From NCBI GenBank assembly GCA_047629415.1, contig JBLHWZ010000003.1, positions 1-61,906 on the forward strand: 61,906 nucleotides of DNA. Reading direction: 5' to 3'. Made by a program: the position numbers and the translations under genes. The notes below the pieces were generated by a model. It ran no database searches and was not told the DNA's origin. It saw only the letters and a program-made list of their open reading frames with translations. Of this stretch, positions 25,167 through 33,255 are shown one piece after another. Source of the DNA: Bradymonadia bacterium. GTDB lineage: Bacteria > Myxococcota_A > Bradymonadia > REDH01. How positions within the stretch are numbered: the first letter of the stretch is position 1; every line of letters starts with the position of its first letter.

Positions 25167-26032
25167 TTCTGCGACTTGCCCGTCGGGACCGCTCTGAAGG
25201 TGGCCCCGGTCGCGGGCCTCACGATCGCATCCACGCGACGGGCCTCTCTTGCTACAAGCGCCGAGCCGACTTGTGCCGGGAGCGACGCACAGAGCGCAGC
25301 GGCCTCCTGCTTGTCGACTCCGAGCGCCGCAACCAGCATGGCGGCCGTACGCGAAGGATCGGGTCCAGCGCTGACCAAGTGAAGGTCGAACGTCCCGGGA
25401 GAGTCGGCATCCGGCAGTGTGTCAGCGGCAGCGACGCTAGCATCCAGATTCGCCTTTAAAACCTCAGGATCGTAGCCAATCGGCTCTAGCTTCGACCGAC
25501 GATTCGGCGGCTGCTTCGGCGGCTGCTTCGGCGGGCTCGATTCCACGGCGTCGGGTGGAATCGTCTCCGCTGCAGCATCTGTCTCCGACATTGGCGTACT
25601 GTCCAACGGAGCTGGATCGGTGACCATGTCGATACCACCGATCGTCTCCAGGCGACCGCGTGGGGGTGCAGCATGCGTGGGCCTCTCCGAGACCGCCAGG
25701 GCCTCCTCCTCAGCGTTCGCCGGCGGTTCACCGGAAGCCTCTCTCAGAACCTCAACGCCGGACCGTTCGTCGGACGAATCAATGTGAGCAGCCGCGAAAC
25801 CAAGTGCCTCAAACGGGCTACGGCCCCGCTCAAACTCACTGACAAGCCACTCCAGCGCCCCTCTAAACGGTTCGGCCCGCGGGACCGTCGCTTCGAGGTG
25901 ATCTGAGCCGGCATCCACATCGGAGGCGCCCAGCTCTTCGAGCCAGTGCCCGATAGCTGGTGCAACACCAGCTGGGAGTTCGGTGGCTTGGACGAACCAG
26001 CCTCCATCTACGCGTGTCGAACTTACAGTCAC
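25163..26032 (-). CDS. hypothetical protein with L7/L12 C-terminal-domain-like tail
   Basis: The 289-aa ORF has a Pro/Glu-rich middle (PPKQPPKQPP). By eye, the C-terminal FDLHLVSAGPDPSRTAAMLVAALGVDKQEAAALCASLPAQVGSALVAREA...GATFRAV aligns with the L7/L12 CTD pattern FDV.L..AG......IK.VR..TGLGLKEAK.LV...P.. Confidence 0.55.
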   Translation of the reverse strand: MTVSSTRVDGGWFVQATELPAGVAPAIGHWLEELGASDVDAGSDHLEATVPRAEPFRGALEWLVSEFERGRSPFEALGFAAAHIDSSDERSGVEVLREASGEPPANAEEEALAVSERPTHAAPPRGRLETIGGIDMVTDPAPLDSTPMSETDAAAETIPPDAVESSPPKQPPKQPPNRRSKLEPIGYDPEVLKANLDASVAAADTLPDADSPGTFDLHLVSAGPDPSRTAAMLVAALGVDKQEAAALCASLPAQVGSALVAREARRVDAIVRPATGATFRAVPTGKSQN

Positions 26033-26183
26033 AAGGCGCTCACTCCTTCCGTGAGGGAATTCTTAGCACTCAGAATATCGGACGCCGGGCCGCACCACTA
26101 GCGCGACGGAGAAGCGACGAACGCTGTCCCGCTTGCTCCTTGAACCCCTCAAACAACTGCATGCTCGGACCGCCGTGTCGGAC

Positions 26184-26223
26184 AACAAAAACGAACAGTC
26201 GCGGAGCTCAACAGAACTCCGCG
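26184..26223 (-). terminator. rho-independent terminator downstream of the four-Cys repeat gene
   Basis: On the minus strand, the stem CGCGGAG...CTCCGCG (26200-26223) is followed by ACTGTTCGTTTTTGTTG. Confidence 0.5.
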
Positions 26224-26246
26224 AATGAGCCTGAGGGGACAGTCCG

Positions 26247-27647
26247 CTAGCTGTAGCAGTACCCGTCGCGGCCGCAATAGAAGCCCGGGTCGCAGTCCCA
26301 ATCGGAGCCGCACGTCACGCTCTCCTCGTAGCAGAGACCGTCCGTGGCGCAGAAGAATCCTGCATCGCAGTCCCAGTCTGTGTAGCAGCTGGATGTATCC
26401 TCGTAGCAGCCGCCGTCGGTTCCGCAGAAGAACCCGGCATCGCAGTCCCAATCGGAGCCGCAGTAGGAGGTGTCTTCGTAGCAGGCGCCATCGGTTCCGC
26501 AGAAGAACCCGCCGTCGCAGTCCCAATCGGAGCCGCAGTAGGCGGTGTCTTCGTAGCAGCCGCCGTCGGTTCCGCAGAAGAACCCGGCATCGCAGTCCCA
26601 GTCGGAGCCGCAGTACGCTGTGTCCTCGTAGCAGGCGCCGTCGGATGCGCAGAAGAATCCTGCATCGCAGTCCCAGTCAGAGCCGCAGTAGGAGGTATCT
26701 TCGTAGCAGGCGCCGTCAGATGCGCAGAAGAATCCAGCGTCGCAGTCCCAGTCGGAGTAGCAGGCGGTCTCAGCTTCGTAGCAGGCACCATCCAAGTCGC
26801 AGACGAATCCAGCGTCGCAGTCCCAGTCGGAGCGGCAGTACGTGGTGTCCTCGTAGCACGCCCCGTCATTTCCGCAGAAGAAGCCAGGATCGCACTCAAC
26901 GTCGGCGCGGCAGGTGTTGGGGTCGTCGAAGCAGGCACCGGTGCGTGAGTCACAGAGGAACCCGTCGGCGCACTCACGGTCGGAGCGGCACCAAGTCGGG
27001 TCTTCCTCGCAGAGGCCGCTGTTGTAGTCACAGGCGAAGCCGGCTCCACATTCTGAGTCGGAGTGGCACCAGCTGGGATCTTCGTAACAGGCGCCATCGC
27101 CGCCGCAGAGGAAGCCGATCGCGCAATCGCGGTCTGAGTAGCAGAGCGGGGTCGCCTCGTAGCAGACGCCGTTACTTCCGCACTCGAATCCAGCCGCGCA
27201 GTCTCTATCGCTGCGGCAGCCGAGCTCTTCGCAGGTGTGATCCCCCGAGCAGAATGTGTCGTTGGGGCAGTCCGCATCGACCAGGCACCATGAATCGGGG
27301 TAGCAGACACCGTCTACTTCACAGTACTCGGTCTGCGGGCACTCCCAGTCGTAAAGGCACTCGGCCGCGCGGTAGCAGTAACCGTCGCTACCGCAGGTCT
27401 CACCCGAAGCGCAGTCCCAGTCGGAGTAGCAGCCGGCGAAGACCGCGCAGGACCCGTTGTCGCAGAACTCGCCATCGAAGCACTCGTCGTCATAACGGCA
27501 TTCGTCACGCTGGATATCAGGTACCGGCACCACGTAGCTTGGGCCACCATCGATTGGCGCGAAGGCCCCTTCGTCTACCCAGCACCCTGTAACCAGGGAG
27601 ACGAGCGTGAGGGCGAGGACGGTACGAGCAATTGTTAGGAAGTTCAT
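26247..27647 (-). CDS. Cys-rich repeat lipoprotein (17 tandem ~25-aa four-Cys units)
   Basis: The 466-aa ORF has a signal plus lipobox (MNFLTIARTVLALTLVSLVTGC) followed by 17 units of C-x-S-D-W-D-C-D-A-G-F-F-C-x-x-D-G-x-C-Y-E-D-T-x-x. The antisense 455-aa ORF (26225-27592) is an Arg/Ser artefact. Confidence 0.88.
   Translation of the reverse strand: MNFLTIARTVLALTLVSLVTGCWVDEGAFAPIDGGPSYVVPVPDIQRDECRYDDECFDGEFCDNGSCAVFAGCYSDWDCASGETCGSDGYCYRAAECLYDWECPQTEYCEVDGVCYPDSWCLVDADCPNDTFCSGDHTCEELGCRSDRDCAAGFECGSNGVCYEATPLCYSDRDCAIGFLCGGDGACYEDPSWCHSDSECGAGFACDYNSGLCEEDPTWCRSDRECADGFLCDSRTGACFDDPNTCRADVECDPGFFCGNDGACYEDTTYCRSDWDCDAGFVCDLDGACYEAETACYSDWDCDAGFFCASDGACYEDTSYCGSDWDCDAGFFCASDGACYEDTAYCGSDWDCDAGFFCGTDGGCYEDTAYCGSDWDCDGGFFCGTDGACYEDTSYCGSDWDCDAGFFCGTDGGCYEDTSSCYTDWDCDAGFFCATDGLCYEESVTCGSDWDCDPGFYCGRDGYCYS
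26250..27500 (-). repeat. 75-bp tandem coding repeats, most conserved copies at 26326-26850
   Basis: Units phased at 26401, 26476, 26551, 26626 and 26701 all begin tcgtagcag and differ from each other at only a few positions per 75 bp by eye. Copies degenerate towards the 5' end of the gene. Confidence 0.9.
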
Positions 27648-27737
27648 GGTTGCTCCGGTGGAACATCGTTCGGGGTGTGCAGGTCTATGACGGCTCCCTT
27701 GGAGCTCTATTCAGTTCGCCCCGATCTCTTTTGGAGT

Positions 27738-27772
27738 CACAAAAACGAACAACGCCCGCAAATAGCGGGCGT
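27738..27772 (-). terminator. rho-independent terminator ending the sixA / small-ORF transcription unit
   Basis: On the minus strand, the stem ACGCCCGC / GCGGGCGT (27752-27759 / 27765-27772, 5-nt loop) is followed by TGTTCGTTTTTGTG. Confidence 0.65.
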
Positions 27773-27792
27773 CGTTACGGGTTCGGGGGGAA

Positions 27793-27984
27793 CTAAAGCG
27801 GCGTTTCCGAATAGTTCGAAATGTCGATGATGATGACCGAGGAGCGGCTCACCTCTTCACGTACTTCCTCGCGCCTCGGTATCCGTTGGAGAGGAAGCGG
27901 GCTCGGAGCGTGGAGTGGGATCGGTTGCCACTCTCGTTCTCTTCGGCGTCTTTGTTCTTCGATAATCAAGGCTTCGGGAATCAT
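27793..27984 (-). CDS. small hypothetical protein (63 aa, Arg/Glu-rich)
   Basis: An AGGAG lies 5 nt upstream of the ATG (taggagtccaaATG), and an intrinsic terminator lies 20 nt after the stop. I recognised no family. Confidence 0.45.
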   Translation of the reverse strand: MIPEALIIEEQRRRREREWQPIPLHAPSPLPLQRIPRREEVREEVSRSSVIIIDISNYSETPL

Positions 27985-28167
27985 TTGGACTCCTACAGTC
28001 AGTATGCGACAGGCACATCGCGAGGTTAATCACGACCGGGTGAGGCGCCAACCATTCCGCAGAACGATTGGCTCTCTGTGGTGCTCGATGGAGACAAACT
28101 AACAGGGGTTTCGGGGTCGAACAACTCTATGGGAGCCAAATCTCGAAGGACGCGCTCCCACGTGTTC

Positions 28168-28467
28168 CTAAGCCCGAATTCGCTCGTAGACCGCATGCAT
28201 GATCTCAATGACTTGGTCGTCATCGACGGGATCATTCTGTTGGCCCTTGAAACGCCGGAACGCATCAATCGCAGCGGAGAGCTCGGGCCGGATGTCGTCG
28301 TCGATCACCATCACGAATGCAGCGAGGCGGCTTACATCCAATGGCTTTCCGGCAATATGCGTCACCGCGCGGTCCAGATCTCCTCCGCGATTCGCTTGGT
28401 CCGCCGCCACAATCAGGCGTTCGATCGTTTTTTCGAATTGAGCTCGGTTGTGTACCGCTGCAGACAT
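28168..28467 (-). CDS. hypothetical protein (99 aa)
   Basis: An AGGAG lies 6 nt upstream of the ATG (ctaggagatcacgATG). The composition is protein-like, the strand matches sixA, and I recognised no family. Confidence 0.5.
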   Translation of the reverse strand: MSAAVHNRAQFEKTIERLIVAADQANRGGDLDRAVTHIAGKPLDVSRLAAFVMVIDDDIRPELSAAIDAFRRFKGQQNDPVDDDQVIEIMHAVYERIRA

Positions 28468-28567
28468 CGTGATCTCCTAGGTTGTTGTGAGGTTCCTGTT
28501 GCTGCGCCACCGGCGCGTGACAGAGCCTAAGCGGCGCTCAGTGGACGTCAATGCACGCGTGCATCGG

Positions 28568-29095
28568 CTACTCAGAGGCTGATGCCTCTGCTTCTCGGCG
28601 CGCCGAGGCACGTAGCGCGCGGGGGCTCAGATAGGAGATCAGCTCCCCCGTCAGCCCGCGAGGGCCAGGCCTCATCGCGATGTGCACGAGAGAGCACTTC
28701 TTGAGCTGGATGCGGAGGCGACCCGAAGCGCACAACTCGCTGATCAAGTCAGAGAGGATCGGCTCGTGTCCCACAACAAGGAGTCGCGCTGGCGCCGCGT
28801 CGAACTCGGCTCGAACTGCTGCAGATCCTCCCTCGAATGAGAGACTCTCCCGAATGGTGAGGCCGTCCGGAGGATCGAGTACTCCCTCTAGAATCGTCGC
28901 GGTCTGCAGCGCGCGAATGTGAGGACTCGACCAGATCGCGATCGGACCAATGCCGAGGCGCAGCATCCCTCGTGCGGCCTTGGTGGCGCGCAAGAGTCCA
29001 TCTTCGGTCAGTCGGCGCGCATGATCACGAGGATCGTCTGGATTGCGATCTTCCGCTATCCCGTGGCGTACAATGAAGAGATCGGTCAAATTCAT
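28568..29095 (-). CDS. sixA: SixA-like phosphohistidine phosphatase (histidine phosphatase superfamily)
   Basis: LFIVRHGIAE (RHG catalytic motif), SSPHIRALQTA and LLVVGHEPILSDLI are present in ~175 aa. The ORF track starts at TTG 29104, and the ATG at 29095 is preferred. Confidence 0.7.
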   Translation of the reverse strand: MNLTDLFIVRHGIAEDRNPDDPRDHARRLTEDGLLRATKAARGMLRLGIGPIAIWSSPHIRALQTATILEGVLDPPDGLTIRESLSFEGGSAAVRAEFDAAPARLLVVGHEPILSDLISELCASGRLRIQLKKCSLVHIAMRPGPRGLTGELISYLSPRALRASARREAEASASE

Positions 29096-29119
29096 TGCTC
29101 CCAAATCAATCGCTCAGCC

Positions 29120-29827
29120 GTGCCCCGTCAAGCCTTACCAATCACACTCTGTGCCCTGCTGGCCGCCAGCGCCTGCCACCTGCGCGGTGAAGACTCAGCG
29201 GCGCCCAACACTCCTGCTGCAGTCGTACTCGAGGTACATCCACCGAGCCCGGTCGTTGCTGAGGCGCAAGCGCTGGCGAACTCGCTCCAAGCGCGGCAGC
29301 TTACCCTTGCGGCGGATCTTCGCGCCGGCATCGATGCTCGAGATGCGTTGACGACCGGTGCGGCGCTGGCGGAGCTGGGTCGGAGTTTGGCTGAGATGCG
29401 CGGATCCACCTTCGATGGGTCGTTGGTCGAGGCACTCCGATGGTTTGCGTCCGCGGAGATGGCCGAGCTTCGCAGCGTGGTAGACGCACGTCGCGTGATC
29501 CCAGCGCTCGAGGTTCTGCTCGACGTTCGAGACGGCGCGGCCGTTCATCGTCTGCGCGACTCATACAGGGCGGGCCCTGGCGCGGAACGCTTTCAGGCCG
29601 CATTCTCGCTCTCGTTGAGTTGGACGAACGCTACGTCGAGCCTGACCTACACTGAACTCGGGTGTCCACTGCTGATCGATGGAGCACCAGCTTCGGAGTC
29701 TCCCGTTGGGCTGACCTATGGCTCTCATACAGTCGGGTGCCAGGGCGGGGCGGTTTTCCTCTTTGTTGCAGACTCTCTGAGTCATGGGCTCAGTTTAGAG
29801 AACGGTGAGTTACGGGTGGTCCCATAG
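29120..29827 (+). CDS. hypothetical lipoprotein
   Basis: The track ORF 28919-29827 overlaps sixA. The in-frame GTG at 29120 gives (M)PRQALPITLCALLAASAC, a signal peptide plus lipobox. I recognised no family. Confidence 0.5.
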   Translation: MPRQALPITLCALLAASACHLRGEDSAAPNTPAAVVLEVHPPSPVVAEAQALANSLQARQLTLAADLRAGIDARDALTTGAALAELGRSLAEMRGSTFDGSLVEALRWFASAEMAELRSVVDARRVIPALEVLLDVRDGAAVHRLRDSYRAGPGAERFQAAFSLSLSWTNATSSLTYTELGCPLLIDGAPASESPVGLTYGSHTVGCQGGAVFLFVADSLSHGLSLENGELRVVP

Positions 29828-29875
29828 GGCGGCAAACTCTCGATTCGATCCAGCACATCCGCTAGCGTCTCTCGT

Positions 29876-30895
29876 ATGAAAAACCTGTTGAAGTGCGCCC
29901 TCCTGTCCAGCCTCTGCTGCTCCGCCTTGTTTGGCTGTGCGGATGACCCCGAGCCGGAGTTAGACTCGCTCGTCACAGACAACTGGGAGATCGCGTTCGA
30001 CGCGAGTCCCTATGGCGCGTTTATGAGCATCTGGGGATTCTCCGGAACCGACGTCTACACTGTGGGCGGGCAGCCTAGGACCCAAGAGGACCCGGGCGAC
30101 GGAGTCGTCTTCCACTTCGACGGGCTGGCGTGGTCGGAAGTCGAGGTCCCTGAGGGCCCGATGCTCAACTGGGTTCACGGAGTAGGCGACACCCTCTGGG
30201 TGGTCGGTGAAGCCGGCCGAGCACTTCGCTTTGAAGATGGAGAGTTCGTCGAAGAGTATGACACTGGGGTGGGAGTCCAACTCTGGGGTGTCTGGGCGGC
30301 CGCCGCGGACGACGTTTGGGCGGTCGGAGGAAACCCGAGAGATCGACAGGGCGAGCCGGTGATCGTTCATTGGGACGGTACCTCGTGGACTCAGTCCGAA
30401 CTGCCGGAGCTCGATCGAGATTTTGTGACATCGATGTTCAAGATCTGGGGCACAGGATCGGACCATGTCTTCGCGATCGGCGCCGTCGGTGTGATTCTCC
30501 ATTGGGACGGTTCGAGTTGGACACAGCTTCCATCGGGCACCGGAGACGATCTGGTAAGCCTCTGGGGACGAGCCGAGGACGATATTGTTGCGGTCGGAGG
30601 CCGAGGCAACGGCGTCTTCGGGCGCTGGAACGGTACCGAGTGGTCGTTTGAGCAACTCGAGCAAGTGAGCGGGCTGAACGGCTCCTTCATGGCTCCCGAC
30701 GGCACCACGCTGATCAATGGCTCCTTCGGGCGAATGCTCGAGGTGACCGACGACGGACTCGTGGAACTGGACGCGCCAACTGACAACGTGCTGCACGCGG
30801 TCTGGGCTGACCCTGCTACCGGCTCGTGCTTCGCTGTTGGTGGCTCGCTTCTTGCCAATCCTCCGTACACAGGCGACGTCCTGATTTCCCAATGA
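29876..30895 (+). CDS. beta-propeller-like lipoprotein
   Basis: The signal plus lipobox is MKNLLKCALLSSLCCSALFGC. Blade-like units recur (VWAVGG..VIVHWDGTSWTQ, VFAIGAVGVILHWDGSSWTQ, IVAVGGRGNGVFGRWNGTEW). The stop overlaps the start of the next gene (ATGA at 30892-30895). Confidence 0.7.
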   Translation: MKNLLKCALLSSLCCSALFGCADDPEPELDSLVTDNWEIAFDASPYGAFMSIWGFSGTDVYTVGGQPRTQEDPGDGVVFHFDGLAWSEVEVPEGPMLNWVHGVGDTLWVVGEAGRALRFEDGEFVEEYDTGVGVQLWGVWAAAADDVWAVGGNPRDRQGEPVIVHWDGTSWTQSELPELDRDFVTSMFKIWGTGSDHVFAIGAVGVILHWDGSSWTQLPSGTGDDLVSLWGRAEDDIVAVGGRGNGVFGRWNGTEWSFEQLEQVSGLNGSFMAPDGTTLINGSFGRMLEVTDDGLVELDAPTDNVLHAVWADPATGSCFAVGGSLLANPPYTGDVLISQ

Positions 30896-33252
30896 TGCAA
30901 TTGCTCGCTCCGATCGGAGTTTCGATGCGATCCGCTTTTAGAACTCTAACGCTCGCGCTTGTAGTTCCGGCCTTGGCCGCCTGCGGACCAAATGATCCGG
31001 ATCCTAGCCCTGAACCCGAAGCAGGGATCGCCGAAGGGATCTTCGGGGCACTCGGAGAGCCCGTCGACTACGCCACGCAGGAGCAACTCGCCGCTTTCGA
31101 ACGGGGCCGCGCATTGATCGAGAAGCGCTGGACTCCAGAAGAGGGCCTCGGGCCCAGGTTCAACGTTGGGTTTTGCGGAGCCTGCCACGAGAAGCCGGTA
31201 TTCGGCGGATCAGCGGGCCGCTATCGGGACTTCTATCTGAGCGCTTCAGTGCTCTCGGATGGCGCCTATGTCGCACCGCCCACTGCCGGAATCGCACACT
31301 TCTACGCACTCGGCGACGCGCCCGCGCGACCGGGCATCGAAGGGAATTGGAATATCCAGGCGCGAAGGAATCCAATCCCGTTCTTTGGAACGGGACTCAT
31401 CGCCGAGTTGAGCGAAGAAGCGATTCTGGCCAATGCGGATCCAGACGACACAGACGGCGACGGGATTTCCGGGCGTCCAAACTGGGAGGATGGATTCGTC
31501 GGACGGTTCGGCCGAAAGGCGCAGACCGTATCGATCGAGGGCTTCATCCGCGGCCCTCTGAACAACCACGTGGGCATCACCTCCGACCCACTCTCAGAGG
31601 AACAGCGCTCGCGGCTCCCCGTCGACTCGAGCCTCTCCAACCGAACCACTACTGGGGCGTTGGGGACAACGGTACGGCAGGCGCAAGCGGCCCCAGCGAG
31701 TGAGCCTCTAACGGATACAGACGGAGCCGCCGATCCGGAGATGTCGACCGACCAACTCTTCGACATCGTCTCTTTTGCGATGCTCCTCGCCGCACCAGAA
31801 CCCTCCGAGTCGACCGTCGAATCACAGAATGGACTAGCGCTATTCCGAGATGTGGCATGTCACGCATGTCACGTTGAGACCCTCGAAAGCCCACGGGGTC
31901 TGATCCCGCTGTACTCGGACCTCCTGCTCCACGACATGGGAGAGGAGATGGCCGACGGCCTCCAGATGGGAGTCGCTTCCGGCGCCGAGTTCAGAACTCA
32001 ACCGCTTTGGGGCATCAGCGCGGTCGGGCCGTATCTGCACGATGGACGCGCAGACACGCTGCACGAGGCCATCCTCGCTCACGCTGGCGAGGCACAGAAC
32101 AGTGCAGAAGCTTACTCCCAACTCAGCGACATCGAACAGTTCGATCTCATCGCATTCCTCGAGCATCTCGGCGGCCTGGAACAGCGCACAGATGGATTGA
32201 TTCCGCCGAATCAAGGAGTCCCCGCCGAGGGGCAGCTGGGGGCGCCGATCAATGAACTCAACACATCAGACGTCGGGCGCTGGATGGAAGGCCGCCGGCT
32301 CTACGACCGCGACATGCACTTGGCCGACGGGTTGGGTCCGGTCTTCAACGGCGACTCGTGTCGCGCATGTCATTTTGAGCCGCGTCCCGGTGGGGCTGGC
32401 CCCATCGGAGTCAACGTCATGCGCCACGGCACGTGGGTGGGTGACGAATTTGTCGGACCGGCAGGCGGCACGATCCTCCACAAGTTCACGGTGCCCGGAG
32501 TCTGGCGGGTCGAGGCTGGTGATGGCGTGAACGTCTACGAGCCAAGGCAGACGCCCCATACCCTTGGTCTCGGGCTCATCGAGTTGATCGATGAAGCAGA
32601 CGTGCTCGCGGCCGAAGATCCGGACGACGCAGACGGCAACGGAATCTCAGGGCGGGCACATATCGTCGTCGGAGACCGACTCGGCCGGTTTGGGTGGAAG
32701 GCTCAAGTACCGTCGATTCGCGAGTTCGCTCGAGACGCTATGGGAGCTGAGGTCGGCCTGACTGTTCCGGTGGAGCAAGGCCAAACCTACGGCGCAACGG
32801 CGGACGACGACGACGTACCTGACCCAGAACTCTCTAGTCTGGATCTCGACGCGTTGGAGTTCTTCATCGCCGAACTGAATTACCCGCTCCCGGTCGCTCA
32901 GGTGACGGGTGGGGTTGAACTCTTCGAGTCGGTCGGTTGCTCCGACTGCCACACGGTCTCATTCGAAACTTCCGCGGGCACCGTGCCGCTTTACTCCGAT
33001 CTTCTACTCCACGATGTGGCTCCCGAAGGATACGTTGGCATCCCCGACGGCGAAGCTACATCGCGCGAATTCCGGACCCCGCCGCTCTGGGGCATCTCTG
33101 GAACGGCGCCGTACATGCACGACGGCGCAGCGTCGACTGTCGAGGCGTCTATCGCGCTTCACTTCTCGGAGGGCGCCGCATCCGTCGTGGCGTTCAACGC
33201 CCTTCAAGCTCCCGAGCAGGCTCTACTCCTAGAGTTCCTAGAGTCACTCTAG
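30892..33252 (+). CDS. tandem-duplicated DUF1111-type di-haem oxidoreductase/peroxidase-like lipoprotein (four CxxCH)
   Basis: Four haem-c motifs are present: CGACH, CHACH, CRACH and CSDCH. Each half ends with LYSDLLLHD..EFRT.PLWGIS...PY.HDG.A. The signal plus lipobox is LALVVPALAAC. The track start 30826 overlaps the previous gene, and the ATG at 30892 is preferred. Confidence 0.8.
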   Translation: MMQLLAPIGVSMRSAFRTLTLALVVPALAACGPNDPDPSPEPEAGIAEGIFGALGEPVDYATQEQLAAFERGRALIEKRWTPEEGLGPRFNVGFCGACHEKPVFGGSAGRYRDFYLSASVLSDGAYVAPPTAGIAHFYALGDAPARPGIEGNWNIQARRNPIPFFGTGLIAELSEEAILANADPDDTDGDGISGRPNWEDGFVGRFGRKAQTVSIEGFIRGPLNNHVGITSDPLSEEQRSRLPVDSSLSNRTTTGALGTTVRQAQAAPASEPLTDTDGAADPEMSTDQLFDIVSFAMLLAAPEPSESTVESQNGLALFRDVACHACHVETLESPRGLIPLYSDLLLHDMGEEMADGLQMGVASGAEFRTQPLWGISAVGPYLHDGRADTLHEAILAHAGEAQNSAEAYSQLSDIEQFDLIAFLEHLGGLEQRTDGLIPPNQGVPAEGQLGAPINELNTSDVGRWMEGRRLYDRDMHLADGLGPVFNGDSCRACHFEPRPGGAGPIGVNVMRHGTWVGDEFVGPAGGTILHKFTVPGVWRVEAGDGVNVYEPRQTPHTLGLGLIELIDEADVLAAEDPDDADGNGISGRAHIVVGDRLGRFGWKAQVPSIREFARDAMGAEVGLTVPVEQGQTYGATADDDDVPDPELSSLDLDALEFFIAELNYPLPVAQVTGGVELFESVGCSDCHTVSFETSAGTVPLYSDLLLHDVAPEGYVGIPDGEATSREFRTPPLWGISGTAPYMHDGAASTVEASIALHFSEGAASVVAFNALQAPEQALLLEFLESL

Positions 33253-33255
33253 GAA

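Noticed and set aside
26290-26900. Regular tandem repeats that could superficially resemble a CRISPR array.
   Set aside because: The repeats are contiguous 75-bp units with no unique spacers, and they sit in frame inside a CDS encoding a Cys-repeat protein.
26225-27592. 455-aa plus-strand ORF, extremely Arg/Ser-rich.
   Set aside because: It is antisense to the four-Cys repeat lipoprotein. Its periodic RRR/SRS content is just the complement of the Cys/Asp codons.
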